Below are positions 22,488-37,608 of a DNA stretch of 64,000 nt, in pieces. Under the pieces are notes generated by a model. The model did no database searches. It saw only the letters and a program-made list of their open reading frames with translations, and had not been told where the DNA came from. How positions within the stretch are numbered: position 1 is the first letter of the stretch; every line of letters begins with the position of its first letter. A program made the position numbers and the translations under genes. The DNA is from the human T2T-CHM13v2.0 reference genome, Homo sapiens. The stretch covers positions 14,944,001-15,008,000 of the forward strand of contig CP086569.2 in assembly GCA_009914755.4 (NCBI GenBank), written 5' to 3'.

Positions 22488-25400
22488 TTCAGGCGTTTTC
22501 AGATTTGGAAAGTTACTATGATTTTCAAATTATAAATGCAAAAATATCAATGAATTTATTTCACAAACTATTTTAATTCATTATAGACAATAAGTGGTTT
22601 AATTAGAAATCAATAATTTAAATAATATTTTAATTTGTTGGAGCATTCACAAATACTACATCTTCCTTTAAGTCTTTCTTTACTCTACATGTTATATACA
22701 CAGTAAAATTAGTTAATAAGAGTGTTACATATTTTCCCTCCTCCTCCAACTATCCACAAGCTCAGGCTTGACATAAACAGTGGAATGAGTAAAGACCTGA
22801 AGTAATATAGCAGCAAAGCTGTAGTTGATTTTTATAATAAAATAATAGATATCAAAGCTTCCTGACATTTTTAGGCAAATCTTCCTGTGTCCCTAAAGGG
22901 ACGTTCCCCTTGACAGCAGTCATGAACAACAGGTGATCTTGAAATTCTCAGCTGTCAAAGACAGTTGCTGGGAAAATTTGAAAACACCTTGTACATATTA
23001 AAGAGCTAAGCATGAGATGATGTATACATACATATGTCTCTGTCTCATTAGACCGCAGGAAATACGGCACATGGCAGGAAGGCTCATGTTGATTCCCCTT
23101 GACCATGCAGCTTCCTCTGCTCCTGACTCCTAAGAACTTAGTTCTTTCAGTTACAAAATTTTGCTTGCCTTAGGACATTGGGCTTCATGATATTTGAGAG
23201 CAAATAGAGCTTCTGCCCAAATAGGAGCAGCAATCAAGTCACAATCTGTCTCAGATAGCAAATGCTGTCACCTGCATAGAGTATGGGCAGAAACTCTCTG
23301 ATCTGAAGAGACAGTGATGATTTCCTGACAGTTTGAACAAGGAGAAGCCAGTAGCCCCAGCGAGTCAGCAAATACTGCAACAAGTTTTATTAGGCCTTGT
23401 CTGAAATCTTAGACTAAGCAGAGCAGGCAGGTCTATAAAATACAAAAGGATATTCATGATTATTTCAGAAAGAGCATGAAGCAGACACAGGCATTCTGGG
23501 TCATTTACAGTTAGTTCTCTAGGACTGAGAAGCTGTATCTCTCCACTACAACTACAAGTGTATTAAAAGGCTGAAAATATGAAAGGATTTCTGGGTCTTG
23601 CATTCACCCTAGATCCCTCATCCAGTCATTTTAAAAATGGATTCTAAACTCTACTGCAGGAAGAGTTTGCACAGTTAGCATTAATACAGTCGCAGGCAGT
23701 TCAAACAGTAACACCTTTAGAAATTAATTGATTATGCTGATTTCCTCAGCGTTTTGAAAACTGGAATTGATACTATCATGACTACAGGGTGCAGATTTTA
23801 TTGGAAAAATGTTTTATTCCTGGGACGAGTAACTCGATTGCTTATGAAAATGCCAAAAAACTATGATTTACTTCATAATCTTCAGAAATGTATGTCTTGA
23901 ATGTTAGAAATACAGTCACATAGTTCTAAAATACACAATTTTATTAGACTAAAAAAATGAAGAACTGAAGAACAGAAATAAGACAAACAATATTCATATG
24001 AATATATAAGGTAATTATTATTTCACTGCAACTTATGTATAATATATTCCTGTAAAAAGTAATACCGTTGCCCAACGTTATTACAATTTAACATCTCTCC
24101 TGTTTTTTAGAAAAATAGAAATGTAATTACTTTTATTCAAGTCATATGAAATAGTTTATGTCATCAGTAAATTTTGTAGTTAATTATTTTGCAGGATTTT
24201 CTTTAAGGCAGCGGTTGGTTAGCAGTAACTATCAACTACTCTTCCCAAGCAAACAGGCAAACAAAGGATTAGGCTTCAGCCTAAATATTACAGCTCTCTG
24301 AGTGTGTGTGGGAGGACTCCAAGGTCACGTGGCTTGACTGGATACTTAAGCTGCTCTTCATCTTTTGGGCAGTTATTAATTCACTAAGGATTTTTGAATA
24401 TCCGCTATGTTCCAGTTTTGTTGCTAAGTGTAGGGGATGCAAATATGACTGACCTGATTTCTGCTCTCCAGTCTAGTAATGGAGAAAGACTCACAAAAAA
24501 ATTATTACAGTACACTGTGCTATGAATCATGATAAAGGGATGTGCATGCTGCACTAGGAATTCAGAGACGAAGCACTCAACAAGGCTTGAATGATTCAGG
24601 AAAAACACTTGCAAGTGTCCCATTTCCTCTATGTCTAGGGAAACCTTTCTTTCTTAAAGTAGGTAATTATAAGAATATAAATTTCCTAGATTCTAAATCT
24701 CAATATTAGAAAACACACTTGCAAATAACAGGAGTTTGCTGAGGGGCCATATGCACAGCCATAACACTGTTCCCAACATCCATAGTCAGGCCATGGAACC
24801 GTTTAAATCAAAGGAAGTCCCAGTATACTTTGCAAAGATTTTCTTGAAACTTTGTAATAGAAAGAATCTCTGCTATCCATCCATTTCTGACACTCACCCA
24901 CAATCATTGATGAGAAGATGGGTTAATACTTGCCTCCAGTCAGGTGAGGCATTGAATCCTTGGAATATCATGCAATCCCTGAATTCCCCAAGTAGGTCAA
25001 ATTATTAAGGCTGGGTGACAGGAACATATGCTGTCCTTAGCTTCATTCTAACGGATTTCAACTGCAACATCTCCGGTGGCAAACCTTCACTTTTCAAGAT
25101 CTACATTTCTGATTGAGTCAAACTGGAACAATATGCCCTATGATGAAAAGAAACCCATACTATTACTGTAGAAATATGCCCATATCAATAGATTTCTATG
25201 TGTACAGAATACAACCTTCCTGTACACTACCTTAAAATTATCTTCATTGTTCTGGAACATGCACATAATGGATTATGGTGACCTAAATGCTAAAATTAAA
25301 TTTGACATTGGCTGCAAAAGTCTCAACTGAGAAGAGTGCATCACCACATATTTGAGGAACTGTACCCCAAATTGCTTGTTCAAGTCTTTTCATTAGAGGT

Positions 25401-25807
25401 TTCATTAAATGTCATCATTACACATGGCACATATAGCAGGATCCATATCACCACGCATAATGATTTTCAGAAAGCCAGTGTCGTGGCAGTTCAGATAAAG
25501 CTCTTGGTTTGTTTTCTAAAGAGAATATCCTAAAGAAGAATTGACAGCATGCATGAGAAGACTTTTTTTCACAATTGTAAGCAATGATCAAATGTCCTCA
25601 TAAATGAATCAGGTCAGACGACAGACCTCAGCATTGCATTGCTTAGTTGGGTGACCGGGAAACACAGCACATTTTTACTTTTAAGAGTTTTATTGTTACA
25701 GAAAAATTAAGAAATTCTCTCAGCTTAAGAATATCAAGAAGGATCCTGCGTACCCACATGGTGCTCAACATAGTCTCTGAAAGCCCAGGTCAGATATCAC
25801 ATTCAGT

Positions 25808-26093
25808 TTCTTTCTTTTTTTTTTTTTTGAGATAGTATTTTGCTCTTGTCACCCAGGCTGCAGTGCAATCATGTGATCTTGGCTTATTGCAACTTCCGCC
25901 TCCGCAGTTCAAGCCATTCTCCTGCCTCAACCTCTCAAGTAGCTGGGATTATAGGTGCCTACCACCACGCCCAGCTAATTTTTTGTATTTTTAGTAGAGA
26001 CAGGGTTTCACTATGTTGGCCAGGCTGGTCTTGAATTCCTGACCTTAGGCAATCTACCTGTCTCTGCCACCCAAAGTGCTGGGATTACAGGCT
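25808..26093 (-). mobile_element. Alu SINE (antisense)
   Basis: tttcttttttttttttttgagatagtattttgctcttgtcacccaggctgcagtgcaatcatgtgatcttggcttattgcaac...gtgctgggattacaggc. Confidence 0.9.
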
Positions 26094-27091
26094 TCAGCCA
26101 GGGAGCCCAGCCTCAGGCAAACAGCCTCTCTAAGCCTCAGTTCCTTATCAGCAGAGGGACTACACTATTTATCATCCAACTTGTGACACCTGGGAGTGAA
26201 AGAGGGCAGGATCATTAGCCGGTACACTGAGCAACAAGTGTCAACTAAAACTTCTCTAGGTAAATGTACAGTTACCCTAATTAACAGAAAGAAGTGTATT
26301 GGTCCAATCAGTCATTTTTGTTCCCTGAGTATACATTAGAATCATCCTAGGAGAATCCATGCACACACACACACGCACTAAACTGGATCATCTCCAAAAC
26401 CTTTTCAGGCTTTCAAATTCAGAGATCATAATTTCTGAGCATAAACTTATGCCATTGCTATTGGCAAAGTTGTGTAACTGCAAACTATTTTCATATCTAG
26501 AACACAGAAATACTGAATACCAGTAAGATAATGACTAATATTCATTTAGGAAGAATTTGCAGTTTACAAAACACTTTCTCAATATCATCCTTTAAAAAAA
26601 AAAATCTAACCTGAAGCCCGTGAGAAGTCAGGTTAATTTATTATTATGAACTTTTTGTAGGAGAGGAAATCATTGCTTACAAAGTGCCAAAACACAGATT
26701 TAAATTATACAAAGAGCAAATAAAATAATTAAGCCCATGTCTTAATGCAAAATGGTGGCAGATAAGAGAAGTCACCTTGCCCTCCTCCTGCATGGGTTTG
26801 AATTCTACTTCTGTTTCTTTATTAGCTCAATAAATTGGTTCAAGTCATTTAACCTCACTAAACATTATCTCTATTAGAATAATATTAATCCTTGCTTCAG
26901 AGTGATGCCAGTATTTCATGAGGTATTACATGAAATGTCTTAGTACTATGTGCAATAAATATTAACAATCACTGCTATTAGTACTACTATTACTCTTTCT
27001 CCACTCTTTCTCCCTCTTTCAACCACTCTAGTTACTATACTACTATCATTACTACTAATACTAGAACTCATAACATAATCCCTGTATGCTA

Positions 27092-27455
27092 TGATCTGAA
27101 TGTTTGTGTCCCTATCTCTTCCAAATTCCTATGTTGAAATCCTCTCTCCTAAGGTGATGGCATTACGAGGTGGGGTGTTTGGGAGATGATGACATAATGA
27201 GGGTGGGGCCTCATGAATGGGATCAGTGCCCTTATAAAAGGGACCACAGAGAGCTCCCTTTCCCCTTCTACCATGTGAGGACACAGCAAGAAAGGGTTGT
27301 CTTCGAACCAAGGAACAGGCCCTCACTGGACACCAAACCTGCTATCCCCTTAACCTTGGACTTACAGCCTCCAAAACTCCAAGAAATACATTTCTGTTGT
27401 TTATAAGCTACCTACCTTATGGTATTTTTTACAGCAGTTTGAACAGGCTAAGACA
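27092..27455 (+). mobile_element. MaLR solo LTR (MST/MLT-like subtype)
   Basis: tgatctgaatgtttgtgtccc...atgttgaaatcct...aaggtgatggcattacgaggtggggtgtttgggagatgatg...cctcatgaatgggatcagtgcccttataaaagggacc...ccatgtgaggacacagcaagaaaggg...tccaagaaatacatttctgttgtttataagctacct...acagcagtttgaacaggctaagacag. Confidence 0.75.
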
Positions 27456-27467
27456 GTATTATAGGCA

Positions 27468-28130
27468 GAATAAATGTATCAGTCTTTTTTCACACTGCTA
27501 TGAGTACCTGACTCCTGTAATCGCAGCACTTTGAGAGGCTGAGGTGGGCAGATCACCTGAGTCCAGGAGTTCATCACCAGCCTGGCCAATATGGCGAAAC
27601 CCCATCTGTACTAAAAATACAAAAATTAGCCAGGCCTGGTGTCTCACACCTGTAGTCCCAACTCCTCAGCAGGCTGAGGCAGAAGAACTGCTTGAATCCA
27701 GGAAGCAGACGTTGCAGTGCACCAAGATTGCATCACTGAACCCCAGCCTGGGTGAGAGAGTGGGACTCTGTCTCCAAAAAAAAAGAAATACCCAAGACTG
27801 TGGTAATTTATAAAGAAAAGAGGTTTAATTGACTCACAGTTTCATATGGCTGGGAAGGCCTCAGGAAACTTACAATCACCGCAGAAGGAGAAAGAGAATT
27901 GGAAGCAAATACCTTCTTCGCAAGGCAGCAGGAAAGAGAGAGAGAGTGAAGTGAGAACAGCCCCTTCTAAAACCATCAGATCTCATAAGAACTCACTCAC
28001 TATGATGAGAACAAACTAGGAAAACAAATCCCATGATCCAATCACCTTCCACACGAGGTCCCTCCCTTAATACCTGGGGATTACAGTTCGATATGAGATT
28101 TGTGTGGGGACACAAAGCTGAGGCATATCA
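27468..28130 (-). mobile_element. THE1/MST-type MaLR LTR in antisense (27468-27510 + 27789-28130) split by an Alu insertion
   Basis: Left piece is atcagtcttttttcacactgctatgagtacctg. Right piece is aaatacccaagactgtggtaatttataaagaaaagaggtttaattgactcacagtttcatatggctgggaaggcctcagg...catgatccaatcaccttccacacgaggtccctcccttaatacctggggattacagttcgatatgagatttgtgtggggacacaaagctgaggcatatca. Together they equal the reverse complement of THE1 from end to start. Confidence 0.8.
27511..27788 (+). mobile_element. Alu SINE (5'-truncated by ~20 bp) nested in the THE1 LTR
   Basis: cctgtaatcgcagcactttgagaggctgaggtgggcagatcacctgagtccaggagttcatcaccagcctggccaatatggcgaaacccc...ctgggtgagagagtgggactctgtctccaaaaaaaaag. 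Confidence 0.9.
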
Positions 28131-30269
28131 GTAAGTGTTCCTTCAACTAAACAAGCTTAATTACAATGAAGCCCTTTGTGCTCATCTTTAACCTCCTCCC
28201 ACACAGTCTTAAATAAAACAAACCACACATGAACAGTCTTCAGGGAGGACACTGCAGAAAAGCAGAGACACAGAAATGTAGCAATAACAAACTCTGGCTA
28301 TCCTTGGCATTTATAGCACAAGAACAGACTTTATATAGATACTCAAATGGATTTACAGACATAGGTGACTGTCAGCCTTAGAGATGTGCCACCAGAAGCT
28401 CTCAAGTCACTGACTAGCTTTAAGGGCTACAGTTGGCTGGCAGCCTCCAACTGCAATGCCTCAAGACCAGCTGTTGAGTTTATATGGAAGTCACACTCTT
28501 CTTGGGGGAGCTCCTAGCCAAGGTGGAATATGGTTACCAACACTAGGGTGTGTCCACTTCTGTCTTCTGTGTTGCTGCCCTGTGAACAGTCTTTATGCTG
28601 GAGACCCCTGGGCTGGCTGAACATTCCTCAGAGACACAATGTCACCTGAGGATCTTCCTACTGAATCGTCCTCCACTCCCACTTCCCTTCACAGATTTCA
28701 GACTGCACTGTGGTCAAATGCCCCCCAGGTCCAAAATAACAGCCCCAAACATCTCCACACATCTTACACAACCTTATCCAAGTTGTACTGTACTTACTTG
28801 AGACACAATAATAATTTTTAAAAAATTGTAGAGAAATACTTTGCTCCAAAATTCTGTTATTTTCCTGGTTTTCTAATAGTTTATTTATTTGAACAGTTCT
28901 ATGGAGTTACAAGGTATGACTAGCTTGTCTTTTTAATGGAATACCTATCACATATGGCTCAGGAAAAAGTGATTACAGATCATGCTCTTTTCATGCAATA
29001 TTTGTTTAGCAAATTAAATTTGTTAAGCCACATTAGCTCAATGATATGAAAATTTTAATAATGTTAGATCTATAAATTGTAGGAAAAATGAATTAGAATT
29101 TCAAAATGTGTTTAGTTCCAAGGAATTGGATTACTTGTGTATGTTTCATCTGGAGAGATAAATGATGTTCTAAATTACTGCCCATATTAGCCGTTTAATT
29201 TCATTCTTGTTTTAGTAATTTTTATTTTTCAACATATTTAAAACATTAAAGATAATCAAAAAGTTTCATGCAGAGTATTTCAAAATATTACTTTGATCTG
29301 GTGATCTATATGTTTTAGATATAAATATTGTTAAGATTAAGGATAATAACAAAATATTTGCTCTATGACAAACAGCAGTCTATACTCTTTGCATATATTA
29401 ACTCATTTAGCCTTAGACACATTTTAAAGCTTAAATATAATCATTATCCTCTTAACACACATTTTATTGATTATTCTGATCTAGACAGTTAAATGTTTTT
29501 AATGTTAATCTTGTCATGATTTAGGATAACAATACAATAAACTGTTCTGAACACTTGACAAATAGTATCTCATGCTCCTTATACATATTAACTCATTTAG
29601 CCTCATACACATTATATAATTTAGGCATAATCATTATCCACAAGGTAAAGATTAAGGAACTGAGAGAGGTATGTTGCCGGTGTGACTAGCTGGAGCCAAT
29701 GTTTTGTGATGTAAAGGAATTTACCAAGACAGTTGTAAGTAATGAAAGCCAGATTTATTAGAGAAAGTATGAAAATACATTGCAAGGGTGCAACAGGCAG
29801 CACAGCAGAGAAGGGACTGTCTGTCAAGAGGCAGGGGCTGGAGGTAAATTTTATACGAGTGTGCTGGTGGAGGCTATGGGTGGAATGAAGTCATGCGGTT
29901 GGGGTTATGTGCACAGGGAGGTAGTTGTGTCAGTGGGATGTTTGTGATTGGCTGTCTCTCAATACAGTTCTTCTACTCTTCTCCCTCACCAGGCCAGGGG
30001 CCTTCACTCATCTTGAACACTTCCCCACCTGGGGCTCCTTCTTTGTTGTTGATTATCAAGACTCCACAAGGTGAAACAAGAGGACAGAACAGAAAGCTCT
30101 ACAGATTGTCCCCGCAGCAAAGACACCAATTTAACAAATATTTACACAGAAAAAAACACCTGCATAGAACAAAAAATCAAGTGAGCTCTCAAAGGACCTG
30201 GTTTTAACTTCATATGACTCAAAGAGACACTGAAGAGATTGAAAAAGCAGTCCTGAATTACCAATGCTA

Positions 30270-33003
30270 TCCACCCCATGTCACACAGTGGTAGCACTGA
30301 ACTCAGTGCTGTTCTATTACAGCAGAAAAGAAAATCAGACTGCTGTCACCACTGTCAACTCAACATAATACTGGAAGTCCTAGCTAGAGCAACTAGACGA
30401 AAGAAAGATGTAAAGGGCATCCAAATTGGAAAGGAAAAAGTCAAATCATCCATATTTGCAGATGATATAATCTTGCATTTAGAAAAACCTAAAGACTGTA
30501 CAAAAAACCTATTATAACTAATAAACAAATTCAGTAAAGTTGCAGGATACTAAATCAACCTACAAAAATCAGTAGGATTTTTATATGCCAACAGTGAACA
30601 AAGTAAAAAAGAAATTTCAAAAGTAATCCCTTTATAATAGCCACACATAAAATATAATATCTAGGAATTAATGAAAGAAGTGAAAGATTTCTATAATAAA
30701 AACTATAAAACATTGATGAAAGAAATTGAACAGGACACCAAAAAATGGAAAAATATTTCATGTATATGGATTGGAAGAATCCATGTAAAACCTCCTCTTT
30801 CCCCCAAACAACACCTACAACTTACAGCGCTAAGTGTAACTATTCTAGGATTCTTAATGGCCTTAGAACTGAGCCTTAGGGCCAACAGACTTAAAATAAG
30901 ACTCCCGTTACACACAATAACTTCTCTAACATATTAGGATTTTACTCGAATCAAAGCAACCTGCAGATTCAATGAAATTCTTACCAAAATGCCAATGACA
31001 TTCTTCACAGAAATTGAAAAACAATCTTAAAATCTAAAATTTATATGGAACCATGAAAGACACAGCATAGCCAAAGCTATCATAAGCAATGAACAAAACT
31101 GGAGTAATCAGATTACCTGACTTCACATTATACTACATATACAGCTATGGTAACCAAAACAGCGTGGTACTGGCATAAAAGCAGGAACATAGACCAGTGG
31201 AACAGAGTAGAGAACCCAGAAACAAATCCATACACCCACAATGAACTCATTTTTGACAATGTTGCCAAGCATATACACTGGGGAAAAGACGGTCTTTTCC
31301 ATAAATGTTGTTGGGAAAACTGATATCCTTATTTAGAAGGATAAAACTAGACCCCTATATCTCACCATATAAAAAATTCAAATCGAAATGGATTAAAAAC
31401 GTAACCATAAGACTTCAAATAATTAAACTCCTACAAGAAAACATTGGGAAATGTCTCCAAGACATGGTCTGGGCAAAAAATTTTTGAGCAGTACTCCACA
31501 AGCACAGGCAACAAAAGCAAAACTGAACAAATGGGATCACATCAAGGTTAAAACCTGCTGCACAGCAAAGGATGCAATCAACAAAGTGAAGAGACAACCC
31601 ACAGAATGGGAGAAAATGCTTGCAAACTATCCATCTGAGAAGGGATTAATAACGAGAATAGACAAGGAGCTCAAACAGCTCTCTAGAAAAAAAATCTAAT
31701 AATACAATCAAAATGTGGCCCAAAATTTTGAATAGACATTTCTGAAAAGCAGACATACAAATGGCAAATAAGCATGTGAAAAGGTGCTCAACGTCACTGA
31801 TCATCAGACAAATGCAAATTGAAACTGCAATGAGATATCATCTCACACCAATTAAAATAGCTTGTATCCAAAAAACAGGCAATAACAAATGTTGGTGAGG
31901 ATGTGGAGAAAAGGGAACTGCTCGTTGTTGGCAGACCTGAAATCAGGACACCCACTATGGAGAACAGTTTGAAAGTTTCTGGCTGGGTGCGGTGGCTCAT
32001 ACCTGTAATCCCAGCACTTTGGGAGACGGGGGGCAGGCAGATCACGAGATCAAGTGATCGTGATCATCATGGCTAACATGGGTGAAACCCTGTCTCTACT
32101 AAAAACACGCAAAAAATTAGCTGGGCGTGGTGGCGGGCGCCTGTAGTCCCAACTACTTGGGAGGCTGAGGCAGGAGAATATCATGAACCTGGGAGGTGGA
32201 GCTTGGAGTGAGCCGAGATCGCGCCACTGCACTCCAGGTTAGGCGATAGAGCAAGCCTACCTCACAAAAAAGAAAAAAAAAAAGTTTCTAATAAAACTAA
32301 ATTTTAGGCTACTGTATGATCCAGCAATCCCACTACTGATATATACCCAAAAGAAAGGAAATCAGCGTATCGAAAACACGTCTTCATTCCAATGTATGTT
32401 GTAGCACTGTTTACTAACATGTGGAAGTAAGCTAAGTGTCCACCAACACCACCTGATGAATAGATAAAGAAAATGTGGTACATATGCACAATGGAGTACT
32501 ATTCAACCATAAAAAGGATGAGATTCAGCTGTATGTAACATTATGGATTGAACTGGAGATCATTATTTTAAGTGAAATAAGCCAGGCACAGAGAGACAGC
32601 ATCACATGTTCTCACTTATTTGTGGGATCTAAAAATCAAAGCAATTCAACTCATGGGGACAGTAGAAGGATGGTTACCAGAAGGTAGGAAGGTTAGTGGG
32701 GGCTGGGGGGAAGGTGGTGATAGTTGAGGGGTACAAGAAAATAGTTAGAATGAGTAATGTCTCCTGTTTGATGGCACAACAGGGTGACTACAGTCAATAA
32801 TAATGATACATTTCAAAATAAAGAGTGTAATTGGATTGTTTACAATTCAGTGGATAAGTGATTAAGGGGATGGATGCCCCATGTTTCCTGATGTGTTACT
32901 GCACGTTACATGCCTGTATTGAAACATCTCAGGTACCCCATAAATATATACACCTACTATGTACCCACAAAAATTGAAGACAAAAGAAAATTGAAAAGAA
33001 AGA
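30270..33003 (+). mobile_element. L1 (older L1P/L1M-type) 3' two-thirds: ORF2 RT domain through 3' UTR, carrying an Alu at 31981-32283 and a ~145-bp foreign insert at ~30789-30934
   Basis: Track ORF 30278-30517 ...[54 protein letters not shown] matches L1 ORF2 ([44 protein letters not shown]). Later matches are ...ggagtaatcagattacctgacttcacattatactac..., ...aaatgcaaattgaaactgcaatgagatatcatctcacacc... and the 3' UTR ...ccccatgtttcctgatgtgttactgcacgttacatgcc. Confidence 0.85.
31981..32283 (+). mobile_element. Alu SINE nested in L1 with target-site duplication aaagtttct
   Basis: ggctgggtgcggtggctcatacctgtaatcccagcactttgggagacggggggcaggcagatcacgag... The flanks read gaaagtttct|Alu|aaagtttctaataaaac. 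Confidence 0.9.
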
Positions 33004-33090
33004 AATTGAGGCACAAAGTGGTTAAGTAACCTTCCCAAAGTAACACAGCCATAGATGGTAGAGCCTGGATTTGAACCAAGAAAAGCAAAT
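33004..33090 (+). mobile_element. MIR (mammalian-wide interspersed repeat) core fragment
   Basis: gaaattgaggcacaaagtggttaagtaaccttcccaaagtaacacagccatagatggtagagcctggatttgaaccaag resembles the MIR core (gaggcacagagaggttaagtaacttgcccaaggtcacacagc...gagctgggatttgaacccag). Confidence 0.65.
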
Positions 33091-33472
33091 GCTTTTGCGT
33101 GAATCAAGAAAAGCAAATGCTCACTTATCTTAAGCCACATCAGTTAAACATGCAGTCTCTGAATGTGTGTACATATGTAAATGTATCATCGCACTTGCAA
33201 ACTGAGTAATTTTAAAATGAACATATATATATGTTTATTGTTTTATTTAAATAAATGTATCAGAACATTAAAATCCAAATGCTTAGAGCCCTTGTCAAAG
33301 TACTCAACTTGAATAATCAAGGGACATTCAGGCTACCAATACTCAGATTGGCAACCTGCCCTCACTTTTTCAAATGATTCTCTGGTTGTAGGAGAGTTTC
33401 TGGAAGCAATATAATCAGTTAGTAAGCTATATAAGCAAGTCTGTCTCAGCAGTCACATCTATCTGGTTTTAG

Positions 33473-33759
<287 letters not shown>

Positions 33760-35031
33760 GAATTTTCCAGTTATGCTTCAATCATTTTGTCAGCTGTCTT
33801 GTAGTATGTTATTGATAAGCATCTATTAAGCATAGAGTCACATATAATGTAATTATGTGTCCCTCTGTCAAACCCTGGACCTATTAAAATATCAGTGTGA
33901 CTCTAACACTACACTGACCTAGCAAGTATTACATGTTAGACTACAGCTTAGAGAAAAAGAATACAAATTACATGAAATGTTGATCATTTACTTCCCTACA
34001 GGATATTCAACAAAATACCCTAAACTTTTGAAGGCAACTCCAAAATAGCTATCTCTTTCATTTTCTGGAACTATGATAGAGTCCTTATTAAGGTACCTTC
34101 TCAACTCTTCAGCCATGCCCTGGAATTCCACTGGCCAGGACTGAGAACAGAAATCATGTTGTTGTCACATGTTACCTCACCCTCGGGACTGGAGTGGGTA
34201 TTATTCCACATTGTCTTGTACAACCTACTACTTAACAGTTTAGATACCTGTATTGCATTGGTTATCATCTTTCCCACTCCTTAGAGTGCAGACTACCTGG
34301 TTTATTCATTATGTCCGCAATGTCTATGAAAATATCAACACACAGAGCTCTCTCAGTTGATATTGATAAACAAATACATTCAGGAAACACATTCACCAAT
34401 TATGTAAACAGTTGGTAACCTCTTAACCTGCATTGAAGAAAACACTTACTTGAAAGAACGAGTACTGATAGGTGTGTTAAAAAATATATCCTATTACTTT
34501 ATAGACATCCTTGCCATTCATGAATTTAACATTTCTAATATTGAAGCCCCTGGCATGTCATAATTTATAAATTTATTAATACTCAGATTCCATCCCAGCA
34601 TGGTTGATAAAAATAGTGGGTGAGAAGAAGTCATTTCAGTAAATAACCTAATAGCAATATCTTGTAAATAACCAAACACCAATATCTAATATAATCTTTG
34701 GTCTCTTATCTATAACTATTATGTGCAGAAATGTTACTCATGAGTCTAGATTGCTGATAAGTTGTCTGGAAACAAAATATGTAAAAAGGAGTCATGTATA
34801 TTACATAATATTAGGTAACTTACTATGTATGCACTTAAATTATTGGCAGCTCTTTTATTAGGTTATAGCTTACATTGGTAGGCTTTGATATAATGTTTTG
34901 TATTAAAATTTGAGAAAGAAATTTCTACAAAGTAAATTACAAAATGCTTTTACCTACGTGTGTGAACATATCATACATATAATTTTATATAGGTAGTCAA
35001 TTTTTAATTCCTATTTGTATTTAAATTTTAA

Positions 35032-35391
<360 letters not shown>

Positions 35392-37169
35392 TTTTTTCTT
35401 AAAAAACTGAATTCCAGCCAGAATAGAAAGAACTTATATTTGCTGTGTGAAATGAACAGTCCATGGGGAGTGTCTATGTATCCACACACAAACGTAATTC
35501 TAAAGCCTACCTTCCTATCCTAAAGGTTACATTAGTAGTAGCTTTAATTTTAATATCTAATGAATAGATTATTATACTACCTAATGTAGAAATGATCTCG
35601 TGTTCATTTTTAACCTTTAGTTCGCTTTGCTAAAAAATAAAATGAATCCATAATGTGGGCTTAATAAAGTAATGACTATTTGGTAATCCAGTGAACATTG
35701 TAAATAAAAATTAAAAACAGTCTAAACAAGTAGCTATATGACTGTTTGATTTTTTAAATTTTGGACAAATTCAAATTCATCTATGTTTAAAATCAATAAG
35801 AGCTCTGCAGAATCAACGTAAAAGATACATGAGACAAGAGAGAAAAAAATGACAAACACTAATCTAAGTTATTCTCTTTTCAATCTTTATCAATTTAATT
35901 TTGCACTGAGATTTCAATCATGACTCAGATAAGTAAGAAGCCCTTGCCATGCAACACAGGTAGTTGCAAGCAGATGATAACATTTGACCTGAAAACTTTC
36001 TGACACCTTCCTGATGTTGGTCTGGGAAAGGGTAAAACACAGGTAGGTGGGAGAATCAGCTGGTTTCTCAATGGATTAAGGCCACATGAAATTGAGACCT
36101 CCTTGGCTCTTTCAACCCAGGGAGTTGTGGCTTCTAGCTGGCAATTACTTACCTGGGTCTGTGATTTGCAATATCCAATTCTCATCAGTCTGCAAGGGGC
36201 AGACTGGAAACAGTTACAGAAAAACACCTTGAAGACAAGAAATCCACTTGCAACCCACCTGGCATCAAATTTTTGGGGGGATTTTGAATGTAATTTTGGA
36301 GGTCACATGAGTCCTATTCTGAAAGTCATTAATAAAACTAAAGGCAAAAATTTCTAAAAATCTCCTGTGCTTAATTGCTACTATCTGAGGTTATTTAACC
36401 TTCAGAGCTGAGGGCTGCCAGGTTTGGTCATGATGTGAACACTAAGAAGGAGAGAAAGTAGATCCCCTGGAATGGAAGTAAGAGATGCTAAGTGAGAATC
36501 CACAAGACCTTGGAAATCCAAAGAGGACACATGGTTTCTGGCAGCTTTCCACTTCCTAGTGCCAATTCCCTAGACATCCCCGCCTTTCTCGGGTTCTGTA
36601 TTATTATTTTTTAAATTGACAAATAAAATTTTATGTATCTATTATATATAATATGTTTTGAAATATGTTTACATTGTGGAATGCTACTCTGACTTAATTA
36701 ACATGCATTATCTCACATACCTAACATTTTTTGTGATGAGAACACTTAAAATCTACTTTTTTAGCAAGTATATTCTAATAATATTTTTCCTTATCCACAT
36801 ATAATTTCTGTTTTTTTCTCTCAGCAACCAAAGCAGTTGTAAATAAGTCAATGAATCTCAGGAATAAAAACATTTTTTAAAAAGACAATAATTAATTATT
36901 TGTTCTTTCATGTTTTGAGTCGTATCTAATAATCACAACAGTCTCATTTCATGCAGAGCAGAAAGTTTCTTTTCTCCCCATTTTCTGTGGGATGTTAACT
37001 GGGAATATTGGAAAGCATCCCTGAGCAGGGCCAGCTTCATAGGTCGTAGCTGGCCCAGTCAAACAGGGCCCCATGCTCAGAAGGACCCCATACATGGACC
37101 CCAGGATCTGCTCTGCTCATGTTATATATCAGTGTCCCCACTGGATGTCCCTTAGGAAACGCAAATTCA

Positions 37170-37608
<439 letters not shown>

